A stretch of 64,000 nt of DNA, from the NCBI GenBank assembly GCA_963667725.2, contig CAXXHO010000005.1, positions 1,248,001 through 1,312,000 of the forward strand, written 5' to 3'. Both the position numbers and the translations under genes were made by a program. Shown here piece by piece: positions 36,768 through 46,071 of the stretch. A model generated the notes under the pieces. It had not been told where the DNA came from. It worked only from the letters and a program-made list of their open reading frames with translations, and did no database searches. Positions within the stretch are counted from its first letter, which is position 1; the number at the start of each line of letters is the position of its first letter. The stretch comes from Treponemataceae bacterium (lineage in GTDB: Bacteria > Spirochaetota > Spirochaetia > Treponematales > Rectinemataceae).

Positions 36768-37657
36768 GAGGGCCTCTCTGCTGACCACAGCATCTTGTTA
36801 TCTTCGAAGCCGTACCGAACCTTGCCTTCGTTTTTTAGGTAGGAAAGGAAGGAGCGGAGCGTGCTGCCGGCGAGGACGTATTGCCCATGATCCAGTCTTA
36901 TCCCGTAGCGGCCCGATATTTCCGCGAAAAGATCTTCGAAGATGAGAGGCCTTTCGAGCGCCTTCAGGATGCTGGCCTCGATCTTCTCGACCCTGTCCCT
37001 GTTCGCTTCGACGAGAGGCTGGATGGAATCGCACACCTCGCCGTGGGAAGGCACGAAATAGCGGGCATTTATGTCGCCTAACGTCTCGAGGCTTTTCTTG
37101 AACGCTTCGACGTCATAGATAAAGGGAATCTTGTATTTTTCCAAAATATTTTCACCGAAGAGGCTGTCTCCCAGGTAGAAGACGCCGTCCTTCGTGAGAA
37201 CGCCTATCATGTCGATGAAATGGCCGAGTAGGGGGACGAAAGTGAGCGATTCCGTGCTGTCACCCGGGCTTATCAAACGCGTAACCTTCGACGATTTGGC
37301 CTCGAAAAATTTTGAGCGCAGTTCCCTGAAAGGAAACCCACCCCATAGGAGGCTGCTCTCGAGATATGGGTTTTCAATGAACGAAGACTCGCCCCGCGTG
37401 GCCCATATTTCGCAGCCCGTCATTCCCTGCAGGTAATTATTGGCGCCGATGTGGTCGGCGTTGGAGTGCGTGTTGATGATCGTCTTGAGGGACCAGGCCT
37501 TCTCGCCGAGGATCTTGAGAATCCTCCTGCCCGCGTCCTTGTCGTTGCCCGAATCTATGAGTCGCGCCGCGCCCGCGTCGGCGTAAATGCCTATGTTCGT
37601 GGGACCCGGAACGAGCCAGGAATTGCCTTCAAGGTGAAGCAAAGGAAGATTGTCCAT
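36764..37657 (-). CDS. Metallo-beta-lactamase fold hydrolase
   Basis: LIDSG, NTHSNADHIG, GH, GD, VPSHG. Confidence 0.85.
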   Translation of the reverse strand: MDNLPLLHLEGNSWLVPGPTNIGIYADAGAARLIDSGNDKDAGRRILKILGEKAWSLKTIINTHSNADHIGANNYLQGMTGCEIWATRGESSFIENPYLESSLLWGGFPFRELRSKFFEAKSSKVTRLISPGDSTESLTFVPLLGHFIDMIGVLTKDGVFYLGDSLFGENILEKYKIPFIYDVEAFKKSLETLGDINARYFVPSHGEVCDSIQPLVEANRDRVEKIEASILKALERPLIFEDLFAEISGRYGIRLDHGQYVLAGSTLRSFLSYLKNEGKVRYGFEDNKMLWSAERPS

Positions 37658-37846
37658 AATGGCTCCTATGGTCGCTTAGCAAAATTTATCGTATTTTACC
37701 ATGGTTTTGACGCCAGCGCTCCATGGGGGAGAGCGCTTTCGCCTTTGTAGACCTACAGTGAGCGCATATTGGGCGAGGACGCGATAGGGGATTCATGGAG
37801 GATCCTAGGGGCGGCTTCTGCGGCATAGGTACGGTATTTTCCGCAT

Positions 37847-37883
37847 AAAAGGGCCGCCCGGGATTCGCGTCCCGGGCGGCCCT
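37847..37883 (-). terminator. Intrinsic terminator of hppA
   Basis: 14-bp stem AGGGCCGCCCGGGA/TCCCGGGCGGCCCT plus TTTT. Confidence 0.85.
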
Positions 37884-37913
37884 GATTCAAGCTTCCGTTC
37901 TTTTCCGTCCGGT

Positions 37914-39992
37914 TCACCCGAACAGGTGGTATTGGGCGATGAGCGGGGCGAAGAGGCTGGAGACGAGGCTCATGACCGTGATGAGCGTATTCAGGGAAGG
38001 ACCGGCCGTATCCTTGAAGGGGTCGCCGACGGTGTCGCCGACCACGGCGGCCTTGTGCGCTTCGGATCCGGGTCCGCCGCAGTTGCCCGCTTCGATATAC
38101 TTCTTGGCGTTGTCCCAGAGTCCGCCGGCGTTGGACATGAGGAGGGCGAAGACGACGCCAGTGAATATGGCGCCGCCGAGGAAGCCGCCCAGTGCGGTCG
38201 GTCCCAGGATGAAGCCGACTAAGAGGGGAAGGACGACGGCGAGGAGGGCCGGGAACACGAGGGCGCGAAGGGCTCCCGAGGAAGCTATGCCGACGCAGCG
38301 CGAGTAATCCGGGAGTTCGGTGCCGGCGAGAATGCCCGGCTTTGCCTTGAACTGGCGCCTGATCTCCTCGATCATCGTGAAGGCGTTGCGCGTCACCGCG
38401 AGCATGGTGAGGGCGCTGAAGAGCGGCGGGACGATGCAGCCGAGGAATATGCCGCTTAAGACGATCGGGTCCTGCAGGTTCATGAGGAAGTTGCCGCCCG
38501 AGTATTTGACGATGACTTCAGAATAGGCCGCGTACATCGCGAGGACGGTGAGGGCGGCCGCGCTTATTGAAAAGCCTTTCGTGATGGCCTTGGCGGTGTT
38601 GCCGGCCGAGTCCAGGACGTCCGCTGTGTCCACGACTTCGTGGCTCATGCCTGACATCTCGGCGATGCCCTTGGCGTTGTCGACGATGGGGCCGTAGGCG
38701 TCGTTTGAAACGACGATGCCGGTGAGGGAGAGCATGCCGACGGCGGCGATGCCGACGCCGTAGATTCCGGGCAGGCCGAAAGCCTGGGCCGAGAAATAGG
38801 AGGCGAGGGTCGCGATGACGATGCCGATGAGGGCGGGCGCTATGGAGATGAGGCCGTAGCTGAAGCCCGTGATGATCGTGAGTCCGGTGCCCGAGGCCGA
38901 AATTTCGGCGACGTTGCGCACGGGTCTGTATTCATCGTTCGTGAAATAGTCGGTGGTGAAGCCGATAATCACGGAGATGACGAGGCCGGAAACCGTCGCG
39001 ATGAGGGCGCCGTAATTGAAGACGGTTTCGCCCGCCAGAGCGTTCACGACGACGAAGAGAATAGTCGCGAGCACGCAGAACACCACGCAGGAGAATACCG
39101 TGCCGAAGTTGAGCGCCTTGCCGGGCTTGCCGTCGGGTCCCACTTTGACGAACTGGAGTCCGATCAGGGCGCTGACGATGCCGACGATGCAGAGGATGAG
39201 GGGGAGGATGGCGTACTGCATGCCTATCGATCCCGCCGCCGCGAAGGAGGTGCCGAGGAGCATGGAGGCTACGGTCGCCGCCACGTAGGAATCGAAGATG
39301 TCGGCGCCCATGCCGGCCACGTCGCCGACGTTGTCGCCGACATTGTCAGCTATGACGGCTGGGTTGCGCGGATCGTCTTCGGGAATGCCGAGCTCGACCT
39401 TGCCCGTCAGGTCGGCCGCGATGTCGGCCGTCTTCGTGTAGATTCCGCCGCCAGCCTTCGCGAGAAGGGCGAGGGAGGAAGCGCCGAAGCTGAAGCCGAG
39501 CACGATTTCGGCGTCATGGAAGATCAGGTACAGGAGGCTCATGCCGAAAACGGCGACGCCCACCATGGCCAGGCCCATGACGGCGCCCGCCTTGAAGGCT
39601 ACGTTGAACCCCTGTCCGAGGCTTCGTCCGCAGGCCGTAGCCGTCCTGACGTTCGCCTTGACGGCGATCGACATGCCGAGCCAGCCGGCGAGAGCGGAGC
39701 AGAGCGCCCCGAATCCGAAGGCGGCGGCGGTGTAGACGCCATGGAGGGGCCGTTCGGGGTCACCTGAGAAGATGACTCCCAGGACGACGACGAGGACCAC
39801 GGCCACGGCTATGAGCGCGCGATAGAGCATCCTGAGATAGGTGGACGCGCCGTCCTTGATCCATGATGCGATTTGCACTGCCTTCTCGGTTCCCGGTTCC
39901 TGACGAAAAACCCAGCGGTAGTACACCAGAGCCGCGGCGATGGAGCCCAAGCCGCAGCCGATGCCAATGTAGAGCCAAAGATCACTATTCAT
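37914..39992 (-). CDS. hppA: Membrane-bound ion-translocating pyrophosphatase
   Basis: GGGIYTKTADIAADL.GKVE, EDDPRN, DNVGDNVGD, GGLWDNAKK, GDTVGDPFKDT. Confidence 0.96.
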   Translation of the reverse strand: MNSDLWLYIGIGCGLGSIAAALVYYRWVFRQEPGTEKAVQIASWIKDGASTYLRMLYRALIAVAVVLVVVLGVIFSGDPERPLHGVYTAAAFGFGALCSALAGWLGMSIAVKANVRTATACGRSLGQGFNVAFKAGAVMGLAMVGVAVFGMSLLYLIFHDAEIVLGFSFGASSLALLAKAGGGIYTKTADIAADLTGKVELGIPEDDPRNPAVIADNVGDNVGDVAGMGADIFDSYVAATVASMLLGTSFAAAGSIGMQYAILPLILCIVGIVSALIGLQFVKVGPDGKPGKALNFGTVFSCVVFCVLATILFVVVNALAGETVFNYGALIATVSGLVISVIIGFTTDYFTNDEYRPVRNVAEISASGTGLTIITGFSYGLISIAPALIGIVIATLASYFSAQAFGLPGIYGVGIAAVGMLSLTGIVVSNDAYGPIVDNAKGIAEMSGMSHEVVDTADVLDSAGNTAKAITKGFSISAAALTVLAMYAAYSEVIVKYSGGNFLMNLQDPIVLSGIFLGCIVPPLFSALTMLAVTRNAFTMIEEIRRQFKAKPGILAGTELPDYSRCVGIASSGALRALVFPALLAVVLPLLVGFILGPTALGGFLGGAIFTGVVFALLMSNAGGLWDNAKKYIEAGNCGGPGSEAHKAAVVGDTVGDPFKDTAGPSLNTLITVMSLVSSLFAPLIAQYHLFG

Positions 39993-40070
39993 ACTATCCT
40001 TCCAGGCTTTCGCGTATTTCTCCGGCGCTTCTTTTTGTGAGGCGGCGGGGCCGGCGAGAGTCTTATGTTC

Positions 40071-40835
40071 TCAAATTGTCGCGGATTTCCACCAGAGATG
40101 GTTGGTTTCCTTGAGGGTACCCATGGACGGGAGCATATAGGCAGCCAAGCCTTCGGCCTTATTGCCGATAAAGATGCCGTTTTTTATCGTGCGATATGAA
40201 AAAGTGCCTGGGTGGAGCCTGTCGACTACTTTTGCCGCCACTTCCTTGCTTTTGACCTGTTCGAGACAGGAACGAAGGTGACTGGTATTGTCGTAGGGCA
40301 GATCTCCGAGCGAGCCATTCAGCGGGTCCGTGGCCAAGTCTCCCAGCCGAAGTTCGACGAAAGTGATGGCCGGTATGCTGAGAGGAGTGTCCGATCCTCC
40401 GCAGAGGAGTCTGAAGAATGGTTCGGGTCCCAGCCTCGAAACGACGAGAGGCCTGACGGGAGCGAGTTCGTGATAGAGGTGGAGCCCCTCGCTTGAGTCG
40501 GCTTTTTCGGCGCCGCGCTGGACGCCAAGCGTCCTTCCATCTTTTGTTACGAGATATAATGTGCCGATGGCGGTAAGCGGGACTCTTTCGAGCACACGGT
40601 ATACCGAGGCATAGACGGTATGTTTTGGCTGGCCGTCCGCGTGGGGAACGCAGCGGGCTAAGGCTGTCTCGATGGGGATATCGGCGTGCCTGAAGGCTGG
40701 ATCCACCTCGAAGAAGACCGCCTGGCCTTGTGTCGTATGTTCCGCTCCGACGGCGTAATAATTTCCGAATTCTTCTGGACTCAGCATCGACGCGATGAGC
40801 GCTTCCGGCATGAGCGAAAGATAAAGGTGACGCAT
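40071..40835 (-). CDS. Conserved hypothetical protein
   Basis: GGAGG SD before MRHLYLSL; internal two-fold similarity (LIASML.PEEFG / LVVSRL.PEPF). Confidence 0.7.
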   Translation of the reverse strand: MRHLYLSLMPEALIASMLSPEEFGNYYAVGAEHTTQGQAVFFEVDPAFRHADIPIETALARCVPHADGQPKHTVYASVYRVLERVPLTAIGTLYLVTKDGRTLGVQRGAEKADSSEGLHLYHELAPVRPLVVSRLGPEPFFRLLCGGSDTPLSIPAITFVELRLGDLATDPLNGSLGDLPYDNTSHLRSCLEQVKSKEVAAKVVDRLHPGTFSYRTIKNGIFIGNKAEGLAAYMLPSMGTLKETNHLWWKSATI

Positions 40836-40916
40836 ATGGCCTCCATTTTTTTCGGAATTTCGCAGATTATAATCCCATATCCCGAGGCGCGCAATGTAGG
40901 TCATAATTTTAAAAAA

Positions 40917-41696
40917 TCAATTTTTGTTCTGATTCATCCTCATTTCCGGCAGAAGGCGCCAATACTTCTTGGGCATGTGCCCCGACTGGACGCGCGGATT
41001 TCTGCGCTGGGCTATCGCCACGGTATCGAAATAGTGAATCCATCCCGATCTTACGGCCTTTTCCCGTTCCGAAAAAGGCGGCTCCTCCCCTCGCGCCAGG
41101 GAGAAGCCTTCGACCATTTCCCAATGAACGCCTGGAACGTGAAGAATCGCCATGCCTCGTTTCCTGTCGTGGATGGCAAACCTCATGTCCGCGTAGCGAG
41201 CGGCAAAGTGGTCGCCGATCAGGAGAAGGATGTCGCAGTCGGGCTCGATGGGCGCGTACCAGGAACCATCAGCCAGCTCGGAGAATCTGATCAGCCCTGT
41301 GACGAGATGGGCCTGACCTTTCGTGCGCAGGGCGGCTTTGACGACGAAGCAGATGTCAGTATCACCCATGTTTTCCAGGGCTTTCCCGCCCTCGCTCGAT
41401 ATTCTCGCGAGAGTGCGGGCGATGGCGTTTTCCTTATCCGGCGCGTCGGAGCAGAAGGCTTCCAGGCAGGTGCGCAGGGCCGCTTCGCCGGCTTTGCGGG
41501 AGAGGCGCCTCCAGAGCAGCGTCGCCCGCGCCTCGTCGCTCGGAACGGCAATAGTTTCGTCGAAGAGCTCCTCGACCGATGAGGGGCCGCGGATGGAAGG
41601 AAGAGGAAAGCCCGAGCGCGAAGCGTTGATCAGTTCGGCGGCCGCGCAGAGGAAGCCTGGAAAACTGCCGTCATAATGCAGGACGACGGAGTTCAT
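40917..41696 (-). CDS. TIGR03915/DUF4130 putative DNA metabolism protein
   Basis: YDGSFPGFLCA, GLIRF, IEPDCDIL...HF..RY, FAIHD..R, MPKKYW..LPE; ATGA overlap with the radical SAM gene. Confidence 0.88.
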   Translation of the reverse strand: MNSVVLHYDGSFPGFLCAAAELINASRSGFPLPSIRGPSSVEELFDETIAVPSDEARATLLWRRLSRKAGEAALRTCLEAFCSDAPDKENAIARTLARISSEGGKALENMGDTDICFVVKAALRTKGQAHLVTGLIRFSELADGSWYAPIEPDCDILLLIGDHFAARYADMRFAIHDRKRGMAILHVPGVHWEMVEGFSLARGEEPPFSEREKAVRSGWIHYFDTVAIAQRRNPRVQSGHMPKKYWRLLPEMRMNQNKN

Positions 41697-43189
41697 CCCG
41701 CGGCGTCCTTCACCGATTCGCCTTCCCATGGCAGGTCGGGCTGCATGGATGGATCTTCCCTGAACGCCGGATCCAGAAGTGCGCGACGCAGTAACTCCGG
41801 GTTCTCCAGCATCCCCCCTCCTCGGCATGCGCCCTCATTGTCAGGCAACCTGCCCGACACCGTGATGAACCATTTCGCCCGCCTCATGACCACGCCCAGA
41901 CGCGAGAGGGATGAGGCCTTTATCGGAGATTGCTTTCTGGCCTTCAGGATGCGCATGGCTGACTTAGGGCCGATTCCCGGCACGCGCAGGAGCTCCCTGT
42001 AATCGGCTGTCGATAGCTCCACGGGAAAAAACTGGATGTTGCGAAGCGCCCAGGAGCTCTTGGGGTCCATGTTCTGGTCGAGGAAGGGGTGGGACGAATC
42101 CAGGATTTCCGAGGCTTCGAAACCGTAGAAGCGGAAAAGCCAGTCGGCCTGGTAGAGCCTGTGCTCTCTCGCGAGCGGGGGCCTGGCGACGACGGGAAGC
42201 CTTGGATCAGCCCCCGTCGGAATGAACGCCGAGTAATAGACTCGCCTGACATCGTAGGCCAGGTAGAGATTCTCGGCGAGGGTGAGAATGGTGGCATCGG
42301 ATTCTGGGCTGGCTCCGATCACCAGCTGCGTCGTCTGTCCGGCGGGCATGAGCGGGGCTTCCGGGTTTCGCGTCCGGGTCTTCCTCGCGTCGAATACGCT
42401 GATTCCCTTCGACAGGTCGCGGTCGGCTGGCCTCAGGTCCCGAGGAATGGGTTTAATGTAGGGGATGAGGGCGCTGTCGCCTGCCGGAGGTAAGGCTGGG
42501 GTATCGGTCGCGGTAACGACCCCGGCTCCGACAGCGCCCGGCGCGGATGCCGAGACGGCCCGGGGCGTCGCGGCCGCGATCTGCGGCGCCTCGAAGCCGC
42601 CTGCCTTCGCGAGCGCTCTCATGGGACCGAAAATCGCTTTGGGCGTCTTGTCCGGCGCGATTCTCGAAAGGCTGGCCGCGCTCGGCAGCTCTATGTTCAC
42701 CGAAACCCTGTCCGCCCATCTGGCCGCTTCGAGGACAAGCCTTTCCGAGGCGCCGGGTATCACCTTGAGATGGATGTAGCCGTTGAAACGCTCCCTGGTC
42801 CTCAGGGTCCTGGCGACCCAGATCAGGCGTTCCATCGTCGCGTCCGGGCAGCCGATTACGCCCGATGAAAGAAAAGTGCCTTCTATATAATTGCGGCGAT
42901 AGAAGTCGATGATGAGCCGAACGAGTTCCTCGGGCTCGAAGGCCGCCCGCCTGACATCGTTCGAGCGTCTGTTTACGCAATAGGCGCAATCGTAGGCGCA
43001 GGCGTTGGAAAGCAGCACCTTGAGGAGGGCGACGCAGCGTCCGTCGGACGCCCAAGCGTGGCATATGCCGCCGACGGCGCCGTTGCCCAGGCCGCCAGGG
43101 GTGTTTTTTCGCCCGCTTCCCGAGGTGGAGCAGGAGGCGTCATATTTTGCGGCGTCGGCCAGGACGCCGATTTTATCGTTTACGTTCAT
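41693..43189 (-). CDS. Putative DNA modification/repair radical SAM protein (TIGR03916 type) with C-terminal HhH
   Basis: LADAAKYDASC, GICH...DGRC, CxxxCxxC (CAYDCAYC), REHRLYQADWL.RFYGF, LLRVPGIG. Confidence 0.92.
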   Translation of the reverse strand: MNVNDKIGVLADAAKYDASCSTSGSGRKNTPGGLGNGAVGGICHAWASDGRCVALLKVLLSNACAYDCAYCVNRRSNDVRRAAFEPEELVRLIIDFYRRNYIEGTFLSSGVIGCPDATMERLIWVARTLRTRERFNGYIHLKVIPGASERLVLEAARWADRVSVNIELPSAASLSRIAPDKTPKAIFGPMRALAKAGGFEAPQIAAATPRAVSASAPGAVGAGVVTATDTPALPPAGDSALIPYIKPIPRDLRPADRDLSKGISVFDARKTRTRNPEAPLMPAGQTTQLVIGASPESDATILTLAENLYLAYDVRRVYYSAFIPTGADPRLPVVARPPLAREHRLYQADWLFRFYGFEASEILDSSHPFLDQNMDPKSSWALRNIQFFPVELSTADYRELLRVPGIGPKSAMRILKARKQSPIKASSLSRLGVVMRRAKWFITVSGRLPDNEGACRGGGMLENPELLRRALLDPAFREDPSMQPDLPWEGESVKDAAG

Positions 43190-43233
43190 GTATACTAAAC
43201 ATCAGTTTAGTATACATGAAGACTGCTGTCAAC
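43185..43233 (-). promoter_or_regulatory. Promoter overlapped by a perfect 16-4-16 inverted repeat (operator)
   Basis: TTGACA-N17-TAAACT; TTCATGTATACTAAAC-atca-GTTTAGTATACATGAA (43185-43220) covers the -10 and the ATG. Confidence 0.75.
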
Positions 43234-43675
43234 GATCGCCGTCCAGTCTCGCTTCGAACACGAACTGTTCCTTGACCTTCAGGAATCCTTCCCTTCCATA
43301 GAAACGATGGGCGTCCTCGCGTATGACATTCGCTCGGAGGCGGACAATGCCCAGCTGTTTGGCCTTTGTCCATTTTTTCACTTCGCCCATGAGCGCCGCG
43401 CCGATGCCGGCGCTACGGTGCTTCGTGTCGACGACGAAACCCGAGATTTCGACATAGACGGGCGTGTAGAAATGGTCGATGACGCCCACGCTCGTCCAGC
43501 CGACAACCTGGCCGGAAAGCTCGGCGACGATGACCCGTTCTTCGGGGTTGCCCGCATATCTCCGGAGGCCTGCCTGAACCGAGCCGATCGAGGCGGGATA
43601 GCCGAGCTGGGCGGCGAGATCGGCAAGGGCCGCGGCGTCGGCGTCGATCGCGTCCCTGATGATCAATGGTTTCAT
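43229..43675 (-). CDS. GNAT family N-acetyltransferase
   Basis: QLGYP, FVVD..HRSAGIG, R.DAHRFY.REGF. Confidence 0.88.
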   Translation of the reverse strand: MKPLIIRDAIDADAAALADLAAQLGYPASIGSVQAGLRRYAGNPEERVIVAELSGQVVGWTSVGVIDHFYTPVYVEISGFVVDTKHRSAGIGAALMGEVKKWTKAKQLGIVRLRANVIREDAHRFYGREGFLKVKEQFVFEARLDGDR

Positions 43676-43693
43676 GGCAGGTTCCTTTTCTTG

Positions 43694-44623
43694 TCAGTTT
43701 TCGAGCGAATAATAGGCAACGACATCGATGTCGTCGAACCCGGCGTTTTTGTAGAGCTTCATGGCGTGGACGTTGGTGCTGTCTACATCGATCAGGATTT
43801 CATGGTCGCGGCCGATCAGGTCGAGGACGGCGCAGAGAAATTCCATCCCGTATCCTTTGCCCTGCTCGTCGGGGGATACTGCCAGAGTATTGACCGAGAG
43901 CACGCCCTCCTCGTCGGCGACGAAGCAGGTAGCCACGATTTTCCCCTTGAGTGAGCCGAGGTATGCCCGCCTGGCGCCCGAAGCGAAACTTGAACGCACG
44001 AAGGCTTCGGTTTCCGCTCCCGGATCGTTGAAAGCGGCGGAGAGAATCTTTGTCATGACCGGAACGTCGGACAGTCCCCCCTCCCGCAGCCTCAGCCGGT
44101 CGGGGTGCTGCCAGAGTATATGCCGCGTCAGCCTGAGCGCGTGCTCCTCGTGTTCCGGCACGCCCTCAACCCTCGACACGAACGCCTTCCCCGACGCTGA
44201 GCGGTCGTTGCATACGAGGAGCTGCCGCGCGCCGCCTATCGTGGCGCCGCCTATCGTGGCGCCGCCTATCGTGGCGCCGCCTATCGTGGCGCCGCCTATC
44301 GTGGCGCCGCCTATCGTGGCGCCGCCAGCGAGTGCCTTCCGCGCTGCCGCCAGCAGCCTGCCGGCGTGGCCGTTTCTCCTTGCCTCAGGCGCCACGCATA
44401 TGGCGATCTCGCCTTCCTCGGCCCTGGGCGCGAAAATCGAAGCCAGGCCCAGGAGCCAGCCTTTTTCATACAGAAGGAACCAGCTGTCCATATTCTTGCG
44501 GAAATTCAGACGATGGTCGATCTGGACGCAGGGAGAACAGCCGTCGAAGGCCGCGCAGGCTCCGATCAAGGCCTTTACGTCGGCTTCCTTCGCTTCATCG
44601 AGACTCTCGAGTTCATATATCAT
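43694..44623 (-). CDS. Tandem-domain GNAT acetyltransferase with a GGATI repeat insertion
   Basis: V.PEARRNG and AVSPDEQGKGYG motif A copies; VDSTN..A.KLYKNAGF. Confidence 0.85.
   Translation of the reverse strand: MIYELESLDEAKEADVKALIGACAAFDGCSPCVQIDHRLNFRKNMDSWFLLYEKGWLLGLASIFAPRAEEGEIAICVAPEARRNGHAGRLLAAARKALAGGATIGGATIGGATIGGATIGGATIGGATIGGARQLLVCNDRSASGKAFVSRVEGVPEHEEHALRLTRHILWQHPDRLRLREGGLSDVPVMTKILSAAFNDPGAETEAFVRSSFASGARRAYLGSLKGKIVATCFVADEEGVLSVNTLAVSPDEQGKGYGMEFLCAVLDLIGRDHEILIDVDSTNVHAMKLYKNAGFDDIDVVAYYSLEN
44228..44326 (-). repeat. Perfect 15-bp tandem repeat (VNTR), 6 copies plus a partial
   Basis: (GGCGGCGCCACGATA)x6 + GGCGGCGCG, encoding (GGATI)6GGA. Confidence 0.95.
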
Positions 44624-45850
44624 TTATTGTCCTTTTATGGTTCTGCCGATTTTCTGCCCGGACACCGAGGAAGCCCTGAGATACAGGAGGGACGAAGCGC
44701 TGAATATCGCGCCCGCGATGATCCAGACCCCGGGTATCATCAAACGGGTCACGAGGGCTGCGAAGGCGAGGGACCCCGCGGCTCCGCCCAACTGGACAGC
44801 GAGCGATCCCAGGGAAAGCATCGACGACCTTCTGTCCTCGGGGATTTCGACATTAAAAATTGTGTTTTCAGGCACGTTGGCCATGCCGTTGAAGAGAAAC
44901 ATCGTGAGATAGAAGACCGAGAAGGAAAGTGTCGTCTTCTGGAGCGCAAGCGCAAGTATCAAGACTCCCGCGGCGATCCTGAGGAGGAAAAGCAGGAAAA
45001 GATGGGGGATTCTCCGCCTAGAGAGAAGGAGGCCGACGAGGAGGACGCCAGCCAGGGAGGCGATGAAATAACCGCTGTTCACGATGCCGAAAATCCAGGT
45101 CTTTTGGTCCGACCCGAGAATTTCCTTCAGCCGCGGCTGCCAGTAGACTTCTATCGCGGAAAAGGTGAATCCCCAGAGGCATGTCCCCGCCAGCAGCAGT
45201 CCAAGAATTCTGCTTCCGCGGATTATCCTGAGGGAATCGAGCACATAATCCCCGAATTTGATGGAAGGCCCGACTGGCGGCTCATCCTTTTTAGTCGTCA
45301 GCAAGGTCAAGGCCAAGAGGGCCAGAAGGATCAGGATCTGCGCGACGAGATTGCCGTTGTAGCGGTCGGAAGCCGGCCAGAGCTTTTCCCAGAGGAGAGG
45401 GAGAAAACCTCCGAGAAGGGCACCCGAGGCGAGGCCCGCCGTTTCGCCGGCGCTTATGACGCTCATGAGCTTGTGGAGGTTTTCCTTGCCGTGGACGTTT
45501 ATATAGTCGTTTATATAGACGGCCTCTATGGAGCCTGAGGAGAAAGCCCTCGAAACGGCATACAGGGCGAAGCCGAATAGAATAGGCATGAAGCCTTCGG
45601 CCCATATGAGTATGAAACGCGCCGCCAGGGAAAAGCCTATGGAGATGAGATAGATGCGCTTCCTGCCTATCGAGTCCGATAATATCCCGCTGGGGAATTC
45701 CAGAAGCACGACGATGATGGAGACGATCGCTCCGATAATACCGAGGTTTTCGATCGACACTCCCCTGGACAGGATCATGAGGCTCATCACCGTCGTCATG
45801 ATGCCCATGACCATCCAGTGCAGGAATCTGTTCAGGAAGGGAATTATCAT
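44624..45850 (-). CDS. MFS transporter
   Basis: LEFPSGILSDSIGRK, AFSSGS; about 12 TM segments. Confidence 0.88.
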   Translation of the reverse strand: MIIPFLNRFLHWMVMGIMTTVMSLMILSRGVSIENLGIIGAIVSIIVVLLEFPSGILSDSIGRKRIYLISIGFSLAARFILIWAEGFMPILFGFALYAVSRAFSSGSIEAVYINDYINVHGKENLHKLMSVISAGETAGLASGALLGGFLPLLWEKLWPASDRYNGNLVAQILILLALLALTLLTTKKDEPPVGPSIKFGDYVLDSLRIIRGSRILGLLLAGTCLWGFTFSAIEVYWQPRLKEILGSDQKTWIFGIVNSGYFIASLAGVLLVGLLLSRRRIPHLFLLFLLRIAAGVLILALALQKTTLSFSVFYLTMFLFNGMANVPENTIFNVEIPEDRRSSMLSLGSLAVQLGGAAGSLAFAALVTRLMIPGVWIIAGAIFSASSLLYLRASSVSGQKIGRTIKGQ

Positions 45851-46071
45851 CGCAGCTCCCGGCGCGTCGCAGGTTCGTCATCATATTCGGGGTATTCGGG
45901 CGCCAGGCGAATTATCGCCCGCGATTCTTCCCTGGTCAATGCGCTCGCTCCCAACTTGACGGCGCTTTTCGCGGGGGGCTACAGTCAGTATGTCTTGCCG
46001 ATTGGCGCGAGTCGGCGAATTCGGGCTCCGGCAAGATCAAAAAACGACGAAACAAGCGCCGAGGAGAAGCC

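Noticed and set aside
37680..37846. Intergenic stretch with small hairpins, possible ncRNA
   Set aside because: Short GC stems only; no recognisable family or clear promoter-terminator pair
42360..42600. Intein in the radical SAM protein
   Set aside because: No C/S start, no HN-C/S/T end and too short
44228..44326. Possible CRISPR array
   Set aside because: Units are contiguous 15-mers with no spacers, in frame inside a CDS, and there are no cas genes
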